Assembly (NCBI RefSeq): GCF_009914755.1
Contig: NC_060926.1
Source: the human T2T-CHM13v2.0 reference genome, Homo sapiens
DNA: 64,000 nt
Strand: one strand, 5' to 3'
In this document: in pieces, positions 11,563 to 28,185 of the stretch
Position numbering within the stretch: position 1 is the first letter of the stretch
How the letters are laid out: each line of letters opens with the position of its first letter
Notes under the pieces: generated by a model
What the model was told of the DNA's origin: nothing
What the model saw: the letters and a program-made list of their open reading frames with translations, nothing else
Databases searched by the model: none
Translations under genes and position numbers: made by a program

Positions 11563-14189
11563 ACACACAGGCACTGCCCAGCAACCACCAGGAATATTTC
11601 ACTTCGGCCCTGCCCCAAAGCCATAGTAACCACTCAGCCCACTTCTGCTTCTGGCTGGGGAATCACAGCCCTCTCTTGCACAGGCCCCAGTTCGCACCAG
11701 TCCCTAGGACCCCCAGGGAGCCTTCCTGGCTGCCTGCCTATTGAGGGCCTATCACCAGCCTGAGGATTTGTGCTGCTGCTGCTGCCGCTGCTGCTAGTAT
11801 GCTCCTCTCTTCTGTTCCTATTCTTCTGACCTAATTAACGCCCGGTTCTGAAAATCCACCCCTCCCTCTGCCAGACACAAATTCAGACACTGTTCTCTTA
11901 AAGGTCAAGGTCTAGGGTGGACAGGGGGAGGTTTCCACTCCAGGCCCAGAGTCTTTCTCTCCTGAGTGTCACACCCTGCAGGTTGAGTCAAGTTCTGTGC
12001 GTGAGGCTGTGCCTGGGGCCAGGAGTCTAGCCATGAGCAAGAACTGGTGAACCAGACGGGGGCATGTGAGCTGAGGCATGGGCTGGGTTGGGGGAGGACA
12101 GGAGAGGCCTGACCTCTCCTGGTGAGATGAGTTAGGGATGGTGCTGTAAGAGGGTGGTCCTGAATGGGGTTGTGAGGAGGTAGAAGGTGTCCAGGTTGAT
12201 AGAGGGAACTGCAGCATGACCGAAGATGGGCCATGGTGACTGTAGGGACCAGCAAGGGGTTCCATGTCACTGGAGAGAAGCCCGCCAGTTAGGCTGCCCC
12301 AGAAAGGAGTTTAGATTTTATCCTGATGGCCATAGTGATGGCTCGCAGCCCACTATCCCCTGAACAAGATTGGTCTGCACAGACAGGCAGGAGGGTCCCC
12401 AGACCCTGGATGTGCCCAGCCAAGCTTCTTCCCACCCCTGCAGACTGCCTGGCTCCACCCGCTCCCATCATAACCTCTTGCTTCCACCAGAATTCCAGGT
12501 CAGCCTCCACTCGGGGATGTGCATCCTATAATGCTGCTCCTTCCTGTTCTCCCCATGGGCAGGGCCTCTGTGCCCCCGTCCTCTCACACCCGAGCCACTC
12601 TTGCCTGTTGGAGGCCGCCCCTGTGGGTCCCCACCCTGGGTGGCCAGAGCTGGGGAGCTGCTGGAGGTGGTGGAGTGGGTCAGTACATCGCCGGGGACAG
12701 AACGAGGGCTGTATTCCTAGTTGGCTCAGGGGACTAGCTCCTGCCAACCCTCTCCCTAGAATTTCTTCTCTCTTCCTGTTGGTGGCTGTGTGGGTGGACT
12801 TCACTGGGAAGGAGGGGGATTTCTTGGCACCTTCTTTCTCCACTCCTCTCCTTCAACCCTTTGGAGCTCCTGAGTGGCTCCTGTTCCACAGGCTGACTCC
12901 AGAGCTCAGCCTTGCCGGGATTTCCGGGCATCCCGGCACCCTCTCCTGGGCCATCTAAGTCCATGGGGGCATGGGCAGCACTCACCAACTGTGGCAACAG
13001 GGCAGCCATCAGAACCCCTGGCCACCAGTCTCTCAGTGACTGAGCTGTCCCCCAGGGTGAGTCACTTCCTTGGGTCTTGGAGGTGTTTTGGCTTCCAGAG
13101 GCTTCTGGGAGGACTCCCTCCAGCCCTGCGCTGCAGGACACACCCAGAGCCTGTGGTCTGGAGGCCTCAGGGGCTTGGGCTTCTGCCTCCAGCGCCTCAC
13201 CTGGAGGAGGGGAGAGCAGTCCTGCCCAAGGGAAGCTGTGAGGCCCACTTGCTGCATAGGAGGGATGGGGTAGCTCTGATGAGGGAGATCTGGGTTTTTA
13301 GGGCTGGCAGCTCCTTTTTATTCGGTTAGGAAGGCTGAGTCCTTGGTCTTGAGGTCCTGTGTATGGAAGCAGAGGAGGGCAAGTACTATTGTACAGAAGG
13401 AGGCTCAGACAGAGGGAGGGAGATGCAGGAGAGAGCCCCATTTGGCAGAGGGGAATGAGCAGGAGAAGGGAGGATGCTGGGGGCGGCCCCCAGCAGCATC
13501 TGCCCAGAACACAGCTCTGCCCAGCTCCCGCACAGCCCTTGGAGTGGGGGTGGATATGTTACCATTTCTGGCCCCAGAGTGTCCTCTGCCTAAGTCCCTG
13601 CCCTGTGGCTGCTTGGAGGCCCCCATGACTCCTGCAGCTGAGGAGCTTCTCCCTTTCCACCTTTTGCCCCCAGCCTGCGTGTTGCCCCCAGGGTATAGAG
13701 GTGGGCAGAGGGGTGGGACTATCTGCACATACCAAAGAACACAAGAGTCCCACATCCTTGATGGGGAGCTTCTGGCTTGGTGATGAGGAGCTCCCCTCTT
13801 GGAATTAGACAGAATTTCCCGCTCATACAGCACCTTTCCCTCTCCTACCCCCACCCCCAGCAGCCATCTGGCAACTCTGTGAGCTACTGAAATCCTCGGC
13901 GCTGGACGCCAAGAGCAGAGTTCTTGAGTGTGGGGAAGCTCTCCCTGGGGAGGGACGGAGGAGAGTTTCCATGGTTGGAAGGAGCCAGGAGAGGGTCCGG
14001 GCTGGACACAGAGAGGAAGGGAGGGGGGGGCTCTGGGAATGTCGTTGTCAAAGCTACTTGAGAGGCTGAAGAGGAAGAGAAGAGGGCACTGGGGGCCACA
14101 GCCCAACCTCCCCACCAAGAGTCAAGCAGCAGAGCCACCTACCCAATCCAGGCACTTTCACATCTTAGCCAAAACTCTTGCTGTAATTG

Positions 14190-14460
14190 TGAGAATTGCA
14201 AACACACCAGGGACTGTTCCATAAAACGACTGGCCTGTGCTCCTCAAAAATGCCAGTGTCATGAGAGAGAAAGGTGGAGGGCCGCTTCCAGATACAGGGA
14301 GATTAAAGAGACATGGCACCTGAATACAAGGTATGATCCTGGACTGGATCCTGGACAATAATAGTTATATAGAGAGAGGAACATTGAGGAAGGGTTTTCG
14401 GTTATGAGACTATTCTTGCAACTTTTCTGTAGGCTTGAAATTTTGTAGAATAACAAATTG
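14190..14460 (+). mobile_element. Old L1 (L1MC-like) 3' UTR fragment
   Basis: gagattaaagagacatggca..gatcctggactggatcctggac..ttcttgcaacttttctgtagg resembles L1MC 3' ends. Confidence 0.6.
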
Positions 14461-14620
14461 AATACCAGAAGCTTGACCCCTCAGAACTGCTCCCTCACCT
14501 AAACTGGGCTAAGGGTGAAGGATTTTCTCTCTTGGAGAGGGCCTTTGTGGAGATAGGAAAAGGCCATTTCTGGGAGTGTGGCCATCTTTCTGGCTTGGGG
14601 CAGTGGCAAAAAGGTGATAG

Positions 14621-15285
<665 letters not shown>

Positions 15286-15405
15286 GCAGGGTGTCTCCCA
15301 GGAGCCAAGTGCGGGCCTCCTGCAGCCTCCCAAAAGCGGTGACTTGGGCAGTAACTACCCTGGAAGGGTGCGGATGGCTGGGGTGGGAGGACCCCTGGTG
15401 GGTAA

Positions 15406-15534
<129 letters not shown>

Positions 15535-17670
15535 GGGTTGCACACTCACCCGCAGGGGGCTCTGCTGAGATGGACAGAGGGGCTTTTCTGGCCAGGGGAG
15601 TGGGTGGGTATTATCCTGCCGCTGGTTTGAACCTCCGGGAGAGTGAGGGGCGTGGGGTGGGCCACACAGACACCTTGTGTGAATTCCTGTCCACGTGCGA
15701 GCTGTGAGTGTGCCGGTGTGCTGGTGTGAGTCTGTGGATGCTTTTCTCTGAGCGTGCGTACATGCATGGGAGCACTGTATCCTCTGTGCTGAAGAGCTAA
15801 TAATGTGACTGCATGTGGTGGATATGAGGTGCATCCAGGTGAGTGAACATTGTTCCACGTGGGCTGTAGTTCTCATCCTGTCCACTGAGCATAGCATCAG
15901 GAAATGGCCTGCTTGTGGACTGGAGACTTGCCTCGGAGGGGAAGCTTAAAGGGCAGAGCAGAACAGCAGCACCCACAAGGGAGTTCGGAGGGAGTACTGC
16001 ATGATGCATGGGGCTGGGAGCACCTGCATGGGGACAGGGCCTGGCGGGACGCTGCCCGGAGCAAGGAGCACCGGGCATGAGTTCACTCTCTATCCACCCA
16101 GCTCCGGTGCCATCACCCCTGCTTTTTGCTCCGATCAGAATTATACTTACATAAGCCTCTATTTTAAGCAGTGACATGAAAGGAAAACCTTTCTGGAGCT
16201 GAGTTCTGAGGGTGTTGGGGCTGAGGATGCTATGAATGCAGGAAATAAGGTGGCATGAGCTTGCAGATTGTTCCAGGAGCTGTAAATATCCAGAGCCCTT
16301 TCATGGGGCTGAGGGAATTCCTCGCCCCCCTGGCCCATCTGTGCCACGTTCCATTTCTGGCCCCGCAGCCGTCTCTGAGGAGGGCCCTCCTGGCTTGCCA
16401 GTGCCTCCTCCACGCATCAAGGGCGTGCCAGCCAGCTCGGGGCCTCGGCAGCCGAGGCAGGCCAGGCCCTGGCAGGGAGGGGGAAGAGGAGCAGGTGCTG
16501 CAGCCTGAGTGCGGGGAGAGGCTTGCTGGGGAGCCTTCCCTACCCCCATCTGCTGGGCATGTGTCTTTCCAAACCTCTCTCCTCTCCCCCATCACATCGG
16601 ACACCTCACAGAGCATCTTGAAGTCACAGCATGATCTCCTTGGCTCTGTGCTCAGCAGGGTCTTGTCAAGGCTCAGGGAGAATTCAGAACACAGGGCAAG
16701 GCCCTGGCCCTCCAAGGGTTAGAGAGTGAGAGAAACCCTCCTACAGAACTGCAGGCAAAGGAGACAATGTGGGCAACGGTGAAGGGGCTGGAAAAGACGA
16801 GCTGGCCGTGGGGATGGGGACAGGAAGGTGTTGAAGGCACCGGTCAGCCTGGGGTAGTAGGGACAGGGCCGGGAGGAGGTGGGGCTGGATCTTCCATGGA
16901 GCCTGGGGAGACAGCTCACAGTGGCATGGGCAGGTTCTTCCTACCTCTGGGAAACACAGAAAGCCCGTCTAATCTTGGGACAGTGAGTACAGGTGGGAGA
17001 GGCCTAGGGCCAGAGCAGTGGTTCGCACCCTTCTGTGGGTCCTGGACTCCTTTCAGGAGGTAAGGGAAGCTGAGGACTCCTGCTCAGAAAAATTCACTGC
17101 ACGTGCAAGTTAGCTTTAAATCCGAGAGAGGCTCCTAGACGCTCTCCAGGCTCAGTCAAAGGTGTCGTGATAGCCTGGGAGGTAAGGAGTCTTCTGCCTC
17201 TGACTAGCTGGACTCAGAGAGATCCAGACACAGCCTGGCACCATCCCAGCATCCAGGGAGCTGGTTTCGCGACTTGGCTCCTTCACAGACCAGCAAGGTG
17301 GCCCCGGGAGTGGGCTTGCATCAGGGAGTTAAGATTGGCCAGTTGCCCATGCATGAGGCTTCATGGGCTGGAGACACTGTGTGTTCGGTGCAGCAGGAGA
17401 TTGTTCTGGAAAGCATTCTCCACCCCCCTTGGGAACCCTGCCCACCAAATCAGTCTGCCTGATTGTCCCAGGCAGCCCTCAAGAGTGGCCAGACCTTGCC
17501 TTTGCTGAAAGCCTAAGGTGGAATCAAGGGCCTGTATCTGTGATTATGCCCGAAAGGCCTTCCAGAAGGTGAGTCTGGGTAGTTGAACCTGCAGGAATAA
17601 TGGATGAGTTCCGTGACATGATTTAGGTCGTTCCTTCTCTTGCTCTCTGTGCGGCAATTGCATTGGCTGT

Positions 17671-17683
17671 GTTGCTAGGTAAC
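17671..17683 (-). promoter_or_regulatory. RFX X-box motif (GTTACC T AGCAAC)
   Basis: Consensus match; motif only. Confidence 0.45.
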
Positions 17684-18765
17684 CAGCATGACAAAAAAAA
17701 AAAAAGCTGCTGCTCCGGCTGCTGAGTCCTCAGATGGCTCCTTAAATAGCAGCGTTTTTTGGTGTACGTGGGGGTGGGGTGGAACGGGGTGGAATGCAGA
17801 GGGTCAGGGTTAGAGAACCCTGTGTGGCAAGGATCCAGAGTTCAGCAGCCATGAGAAGGAGGCCGAGGAGAAGCCTGAGGCTTGCTGGGGTGTGGATGGA
17901 GGGGCCTTGGGGAGGGACTTGGAGTGGTGTTCCCAGGGCAGGGCCTCAGGAGGAGGTAGATAGCCTGACAGTGCCTTCAAGCCCCTCAGGCACCCTGGCA
18001 CCCGCCCACTCTGGGCACCCTGTGGAGTCTCCCAGCCTGCAGGAGCTGGTCACCTGCTAACACCCTCTTGTGCTTGGCCTCCTACCCTCTTGTTTCCAGA
18101 GAGAGCCATGGGGGTGGTGGCCTTTTTTGTCTCTCCCACCCTTTCTGTGGGGTCCTTTGAGGAAAGAGCCATGACCTCATCCCCTTTCCTGAGTGACCGC
18201 ACAACGCCTAGCCCAGTACTGGGTGAGAGCACACCCTCGGCAAAGACACCCGCAATTAACCTAATAAGTCTGAGCCAAAGCCCAGGGAAATCTATCACGT
18301 CTGGGTTGAGAAAAGCTCTTCCTTAGATGGCGGGGAAAAGGGGAGGCCAGCTGGAGGGAGGCGGGGTGTCCAGGGTGGACATAGACCATTCGGATCATAG
18401 CTGTGCACCTGCCAGTTGCTCATACCCTGCTGTAGACAGGCGAGCCTTCCAGAGCCTCCGTTTCCTTCTGTACCTCCAGAGTTGCTGGGGGGATATGAGA
18501 GCTAATTAATGGGGGGTTGCTTGGCCCACAGTAGGGCCCAGTACATGGGAATTGTCATAGTTACACACAGGTACCTGTAAACCTGGAGGTCACACAGGTA
18601 CAGGGGTGTACACACTGGGAGGATTACTGCTGAGTTTCTTAGAAAAGGTTCCAGCCCAGAAAGAGTGTGTGTGTGTTTTTTTTTTTTTTTTTGGTGGTGG
18701 GGGGGACAGGGGAGGGGGCGCGCAGGGAAACAGGCCGCCTTTCTGGCCAAGGTGCTTATCATAGA

Positions 18766-19250
18766 GGCAGTGTAGGGTAGTGGTTAGAGCCAGGCTACGT
18801 TCAAACCTCAGCTCAGCCATTCATAGGCTGTGTGGCTTTGAACAAGTTACCTGACTTCTCCGCATTTCAGTTTTCCCATCTGTAAAGTAGAGTCAGAGTA
18901 TCTGCATCATAAGATTGCTGTAAAAATTAAATCACTTGGTATTTAAAATGCACTTAGAACAGGGGTCTCCAGACTCTTTTCTGTAAAGGGTCAGATAGTA
19001 GACGTTGTTGACTCTGCAGGCCCAACAGTTTTTTGCAACTATTCCACTCTGCTACTGTATCAGGAAAACAGCCATATACAGTATGTAAATGTAATGCACA
19101 TGGCTGTGTTCCAGTAAAACTTTATTTACAAAAATAGGCAGAGGGCCAGATTTGGCCTGTGAACTGTTTTGCCAACCCCAGACTTAGGACAACGCCTGCA
19201 CATCCCAAGATCTGGATAAGTGTTTGCTGCTGCTGTTCTTCTCATTACTG
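18766..19250 (+). mobile_element. MIR interrupted by MER58A
   Basis: MIR from ggcagtgtagggtagtggttagagc to gcacttagaa; resumes after 19181. Confidence 0.7.
18960..19181. mobile_element. MER58A hAT-Charlie DNA transposon
   Basis: cagggg..ttttctgtaaagggtcagatagta..ggctgtgttccagtaaaactttatttacaaaa..gccaacccc; 8-bp TSD acttagaa/acttagga. Confidence 0.85.
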
Positions 19251-19404
19251 TTATTGGTAACATTCGTGTCTGGCTGTGGCTGCCCCGCCCCGCCCAGCCC
19301 TCCTTCACACTTGGCCGTCCTCAGCAGGTCCAGTCTGAGTCCCTGAAGCCTGGGGGGATCCTCAGATTACTGTCTGGAGGTTCTCTCCGGCTCTGCCAGT
19401 TTAG

Positions 19405-19788
<384 letters not shown>

Positions 19789-19975
19789 CTCATTTAGAGA
19801 GCCCCTTTCTACCTCTAAAATTTCTGTGCTTGAAATTTGAATTCCTTGGGGAGACCTTCCATTCGTTTTCATGTTAGCTGTCATCATGTTACCTAAAGAG
19901 CAAGGGTCACAGCCTCTAATCTTCAGATGAGGAAACTGAGGCCCAGGGAGGGATTTGCCTGCCGACACTGCCTAG

Positions 19976-20236
<261 letters not shown>

Positions 20237-23200
20237 TGAGGGCAGGTCCCAGAGGCCTCCTGTGGGGAGGGTGGCAGCAGCTGGCTGTGCACGTCTTGAC
20301 GTGTATGTGTGGGTGCATGCCGAAGGTGGAAAGGATGGGAGCTACCAGGCAGATGGGCCTGGGCAGGGAGAAAGTCTCTGAGGAGCTGCCAGCCTCCAAT
20401 GGCAGGGTCCCCTGACTCAGGATGGTGTCTGGTTTGGCAGTTCAGCCTTGAACTGTGGCCTCCAGAGAGTGAAACATAAGGAAGTAGAGGTGTTCCCCAC
20501 CTGCCCAGCAGCAGAGTAGTAGGTAAGACCTTGAGTCACCTGGACCAGCCTCATCATTTCTGAGGCTTCAGATGACCTTAGCATCCAATCTGCAAGGGCC
20601 TGCAAGGCGCGATTCTGGGGGCAGAGCTGCTCTTGGCGGAATGGGAAGTTGGTCTTTTCTGTCAGCCCCTCTCCTTCCTCTTGGCTCCAGCCCTCCAGGG
20701 CCCTGCCCTGTGCTCCGCTGCCTGCTTACTGCTCTCTGCAGAAGCAGCTGAACTGTTAGGAGGCTATGGCTCCAGGTCTGCTCTTTCCCCAGTTCGAGGC
20801 CTTTAACCCCCCAGTTGGGGGTTGCAGGCTCCTGAAGACTCCCATGAGATCAGCAGCTTGGAGTAGTGAAGGAGAACAGTGCCAGGAGCCCAGGTCCCCC
20901 GCCTTGCTGTAGTCCTCCTGCCCTGGGCCTACTCGGATGCTGCTCCAGGCCTATGGGGGCTCTTGGGCCACGGCACTGGGCCCCAGCAATGGGGCCTCTG
21001 TGCAGGTATCTCTTCCGACTGGGGGCCCACTTCTGGATAATCTTTGCTTTCTTCAGTCCCAATCAGCTTGCTGATGTCAGCCTCCTATTTCTACCCTCTC
21101 AAGCAACACAGAGCAAGCGCATTCTCCCTCCCACATGATGGATATCAGGCCCTTCTCCACCCACATCTCCCCAGTTCCTTCATCTGCTCTCCAGGCCCAG
21201 GGTCTCCTAAAGTGGGCACTTCCCCTGGAGATGGCCTCCCTGTCTTCCAGTTGGCCTGACACCTTCGGCCACCCCCTCACCATTGTGTGCCCAGCTTGTT
21301 TTAAGGCAGTGGGGGCCAGGCTCTGGGTGCATGCAGCAGGAGCTTCATAATTAGCAGCCTTTACAACTCTTCTTGCCACTTTCCCTCCTGTACACAAACA
21401 AATCATGGATTCTGGGGAGGGAGGCAATGAGCTTTCCACAAATTCCATGTTCCAACCTTTCTTCCCTGGGATTGGAAACTGGCCCCATCCCTCTGCTGGG
21501 TCCCCGCCTCATCATCGCAGCAGGGCTTGCCTTCTCTCTGCTCCAGGGAGTCAGTCCTCCCAAGCACAAAGAGGCTGGGTGAAAAGAGCACCTTTCCCCT
21601 TTTCCACCTGGTTCTCAGATCCCTGTGTCTGAAGTGCCCCATCCCCTCTGTGGCTGATCAGGAGGAAGGGAAAGTGTGGCATCTGGCTCGTGTTCTTTAT
21701 GCTGTCATTTAGGCTGGGGAGAATTACGTGAGATCAGTCCTGTAATGGGCTCTGGGCTTTGGAAGGAGCAGTGTAATGAGGTAGTTAAGAGTTTCACTGC
21801 CCACCCACTGGGTACCCTAGAGTAAGGCACCTAACCTCACTGTGCCTCAGTTTTCTCATCTGTAAAATGGAAACAGTAAGTCTCCTCGGGTGGGACATAA
21901 ATGACCAAGTAGGGAGAGGGCTGGACGGGTCAGGGAGGCATCATGGAGGAGGCAGCCTCAGACTGAACTGAGAGGGCAAGGGAGGATACAGGAGGGCCAA
22001 AACCAGGCCCTTGCATCACAGCTTGCTTTCCCCCACCTCATGAGTATCAGGGAACCCTTGGTTCCCAGGTCTTTTGGGGAAGACAGTTGGCACCCAGAGG
22101 TAGGGCGACCTTGTGAGCAAGCACTTCAGATACAGGTGGCCCATGGGTGCTGAGCACGTGCAGCAGAGGGTGGAGATATGAGCCAGAGTGTGCAGAGCAG
22201 GTGGGCTCCCCGACCCCAACTCAGGCCGCTGCTTGCTCCTAGGGCTTCTGAGAGGGGCCTCAAGCTCATCTCTGAGATGAAACCCAAAATACCCATCTCT
22301 GAGGGGGTGTAGCGGGGGAGGGCATCTGTGCCCCTCAAGGCTGCCAGCTCTGAGGTAGCTGTGGGTCCACCCAGCCAACGGCCGCCCTTGCCAGGAAGCC
22401 CTAAATTTAGGTCTTCCCACCATGCAGGAGCTGTTTCCCTCAGCAGCATAATTACAGTAATTATGTGCATTCAGATTACATGGTAATAAAATTAGGATCA
22501 AATCAGTCCAAATTGAAATCAGATGAGTTAGGAGCAAAGTAATCAATGACAACATAAATAGAAAAGCCCAAAAGGAAACTTAAACATGCAGACTTGTCAT
22601 CAGAATCGAGGAGAAGGGTGAGCTGTTTAACTTCAGCTGAGCAGCATATTTGGGTTCAGGGGCTAGTTTGAGCCAGGGTTTAAATCAGGCACAGGCCAGA
22701 GTGATGTCCCATGGGTGGCCCGAGAGTGGGCTCCTGGCAACCTTCCCTGATCTGGAAGCTTCACCCCCTGCACCTCCTACCTGTCTTGGATACAGATCAC
22801 ATCACATTGTGATCATCTGTGTTTCTTGAGTGCAGGAATTATCTGTCTCTTCTTTGAAACCCCAGCCCAGGGTTCAATGCCTGGTGCTCGCTGGATGGAT
22901 CCTTCTTGCCGATGGACACATTCACTTGGCAATGAATTCTGTCTTATGTGGTGCATGACTTCCCAACTAGGTGGGGAACTTGCTCACTTGCCATGTCTTG
23001 CACTCTGACCCCCTCTCCCCCACAGGAAGCCTACATATAGTAGGTGCTATACTAGTAACTGACGAAGCGACCCACATCCCAACCTGCCAGGAAGGGACCA
23101 GATGAGGGATCTGTATTTGGTTTGGGGGTTCTCCCAGCACTCTGCACCTAATTCTTGCTCCCTAGGTGGCACTGTAAAGAGAGCAGGCTGTGGGATATCC

Positions 23201-24229
23201 AAGGGTTCTGAGAAGGGAGGCAACAAGCTCCCCACAAATTTCGTGTTTGAGCCCCTTTTTCTCAAGGACTGGAAACTGGCCCCATCCTTCTGCTGGGTTC
23301 CTGCCTCACCATCCCTAGTTCTACAGGGAGGCCCAGAGTGGGTCAGCCCTGTACTCTCTGTTCCTGAGGCTCACAGTGAAAAGAATGGGTCTGCCTGGCA
23401 GGCAGGGGGTGTTCGTGCATGAGACAGGGCACAGATCCCAAAAGGCGGCTCACACCCCCTTCGTCTCCTGCCTTCGCAGTTATTCTGGCTCACGTCAGCC
23501 CCCAGCAGGCCCAGCCAAGCCCCATGAGCAGGGGACAGAAATCTGGGGGTGGTCAATTTGGCCTGGGTTGCAGAAAGGGAGGCTGAAACTAGGACATTTG
23601 GAAAACGAGTTGTGCTGGGTGAAGCTGGACTGGGTGGCCATGTGCCCAGAGGCGGAGCACCTGCTCTTCCCACATCCTGTCCTCATGCCCAGAGCCACTG
23701 TTGGACACCCCATACCGGGTCTGGGTCTGAGAGCAAGGTTGTGTCTTGGGGATTGTGGCAGGCAGAGGGACGTGCATGGTCACGTGCTGGCTGGCTGATT
23801 CGGGGGTTTGCACCAGGGTGGGAGTAGCTGAGCAGGTTTGGGTTTGGAATGGGAGAGCACTGACCCTGGGGCTTATCTTGAAGTTCCCCTTGGTGAGGGA
23901 GGGCTTCCCAGGCTCTGACTCAGTGACGCCAGCACTGAAATCAGAGAGGCCTGCATGGCAGCCTTCTGCCTTGGCATGCCCAGCCTCCTGCCAGGGTCCC
24001 TATTTTTGCAGCAGAAGGAAAGAGAGATGTAAATATTTTTTTGTATCCCTCCAATTATTTAAAATTCATTTAACTTAAAAAGTTGAAACCTTTACAGGAG
24101 GCAAAGAGGAAAGGCTATGCATGTGTGGTGTCACACAGACAGCAGAGGAGTTGCAAAATGGAAACAGGGCATGCTTATCTTTGGAAAGGTCTCTGATGCC
24201 ATCTCTCACCTCCTTCCTGAGGAGGGCAG

Positions 24230-24480
24230 CAGGGGGTAGTGGAAAAGTGCATAGGCTTTGGAGGCAGAGATGGTAGAGTTCAAATTTCTGCCTACCCATG
24301 TACTCCCACTTACTAGCTGTGTGACTTTGAGGGAGTAATTTACCCTGTCTGTGCCTCGGTTTCCTCATCTGTAGCCTGGAAACAATCATGTCCGCCATTA
24401 TGGGGTAGCTGTGAATATCAGAGATGACATGAAGAGTGCCCCTGCTTAGCACACTGCGGGTACCTGCATGGTTGCTATCA
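24230..24480 (+). mobile_element. MIR (near full length)
   Basis: ccacttactagctgtgtgactttg..ctgtgcctcggtttcctcatctgta. Confidence 0.8.
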
Positions 24481-25632
24481 CCGTTACAGCCCCTTGAAAA
24501 TAGCAGGCACACAAAAAGGATGCGCCTTGATGTTTTTGACTTCATTTTTCAAATTCAGGGGTGGGCAGAGCCAGGAAGATGGATTAAGTGTTGATGAGGC
24601 AGGGGAGAAAGAATGCCAGCCCTCCTGCCACCAGCTTGTAGAAATTGGAAAGAGTGCCTACTACTCCTCCCAGGGAGAAAAAAAGGGGATTTTTCAGTAG
24701 AGCAGCTAACAGCAGGTTCCGGGCTCGTGGGAAGGAACTAAGGAGAAACTGGAGGTGCTGTTAAAAACTCTGCGGGCTCAGAAACGAACTTTCTGTAGTT
24801 CCCAGAAAGAGAGGAACGAGGGTGAAGATTCCGAGGGCAAACCTTTTTGGCTCACTGCAAGGTGAGGTAACCCTTGAAATGGAAGGCAGTCCTGGGCATT
24901 AGCAGAGTGTGTGAGCAAGAAGCCAGTCTGTGTAGGGACCAAATTCGAAACACTGGAGAGACAGAGGAACTTGTAAAGTCACAGGAAATTTTCCCTTACT
25001 TATGTAACACAAAAACAAAGGATCAAAACATTATGTCCTTCAATGCATCCTTTTCCAAAGGGTCAGAGAGGAGAAAAATGAAACCCTCCAGAGGGTAGCT
25101 GTGAATCAGCATCAGGAGACTGGGGTTGGAAACAGTTCTGCTACTTCCTAGACAGGTGACCTTGGATAGGTCGCTTCAGCTCAGCTCCCTGTGCCCTCAG
25201 CGCCTTCTGCTGTGAAACACCAATGCCATCAGGTAGCTGTGGTGCTGTGAAAATGCCAGGGGAGCCCCTAATCACTCTAGAATTGCAGAGGACTAGGCAG
25301 GGAAAGATCTTCACCTGGGTTTTAGTGGCAAGGTTCCATGGCTGCCCTAGATAAACAAGGCATTCAAGAGCAGTGTATCACTGGGAGAAGGAAGGTTGAA
25401 GAGAACTCTGGAAACTCACCCTAGAAGTATTTTGATGAGCAAGGAAAGCCCGGTGCTGTAACCTGAGCTTGCTGCAGAAGCAGCAGCCTGGACTACAGAG
25501 CCACCAGCTGTTAACTTGGAGGCCACAAGGAGGAAGTGTCTGGAAAGGGCACATGAGGTGCTAGGCAGGGAGGAAGACGTCTGGAGTAGAGCAGAAGGGC
25601 AGGCGCTGGGCCAGTCTGCAGCCATCTGATTA

Positions 25633-26345
<713 letters not shown>

Positions 26346-26783
26346 CTTGAAATAGACTGTAGATTATCAGAGAATAAGATAGGAAATACTCCAGTGTATT
26401 ACCCACAGTGGGGTGAGTGGACCCTGGATAGGGGATGGAAAGCTCGACCAGCTCAGCATAGTGGACTGTGCGGGCCTGCGGAGGTGCCAACTTATGCTCA
26501 TGTAGAGTCACTCCTCTGTGGCTAAGGATCTGGCTGAGAGACAAAAGGCAGGCAGTAATGTCTACTCTCTGGATTCCAGAGGGTCTTTGATGCCACTTCC
26601 CAATTTGTCATGTAGCTATGAGGAACCAGGACTATACTCAGATGACACTTGCCATCAGAGACTTAGGCTGAGATATTTTTAAAACCATGGAAGATTAATT
26701 GTATAATACATATACAAAATATGGATATATATATATTAGTATATATGAGTAGTTGTAATTGATATACATATATATATGAACCT

Positions 26784-27404
<621 letters not shown>

Positions 27405-27519
27405 TCAAAGCTTATATACATATAAGAAAGTAGATATCATATATGAAATATACAGTTATATATCTACATATGTAAATATATAGATATATAAATTACAACT
27501 ATTAATAATAGTTATTTTT

Positions 27520-27730
27520 TTTTAAGCACTGCTGTGAGCATTGCCCCATCTTATCTCATCCTGTCCTCCCAGCACCTCATCCAGGGAGAGACACTATTGT
27601 TATCCCTGTTTTACAGAAGAGAGAAGGAAGCACAACAAAACAAAGTGACTTGCCCAAGGTTAGCAAGTGACCAGCCTAGGATTTGGACCAGGGTGTTTGG
27701 CCCCAGAGCTTGTGTTCTTAGCTGCTAGAC
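27520..27730 (-). mobile_element. MIR
   Basis: tatccctgttttacagaagaga..gtgacttgcccaaggt. Confidence 0.7.
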
Positions 27731-28038
27731 TGCCCTGCCTCTTTGCATGAAGTGCCTACTCATGGATGTGGGGCTGATTCCGGAGTTGGGTGGGATTATA
27801 GTAACTCAGAACAGAGATGACAAAGTCAAATTCTCAAGGGCTTTAGGATTTACACTCTTGTGACATTATTCTCCCCTTTTGCCAGCTACAGTACCCATGT
27901 ATATTAATACTGTGTGCTATTGTATTGTATATTGTCATACTTAATAGAATTGATCATACTTTTTTTCCTTCCTAATCACTGCTATGACTCTGCATGCAAA
28001 AAGCCTGCCTTGTAGTATGGTAATAGAAATCAAAATTA

Positions 28039-28185
<147 letters not shown>

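Noticed and set aside
11771-11795. (CTG)n tract
   Set aside because: Only about 8 interrupted units; not notable.
12326-12958. 210-aa + strand ORF in intron 8
   Set aside because: No domain similarity or coding signature, and overlapping ORFs occur in all frames.
13405-14118. Longest ORF in the track (237 aa, - strand)
   Set aside because: Pro/Ser/Gly-rich with no recognisable domain. Expected by chance in GC-rich intronic DNA.
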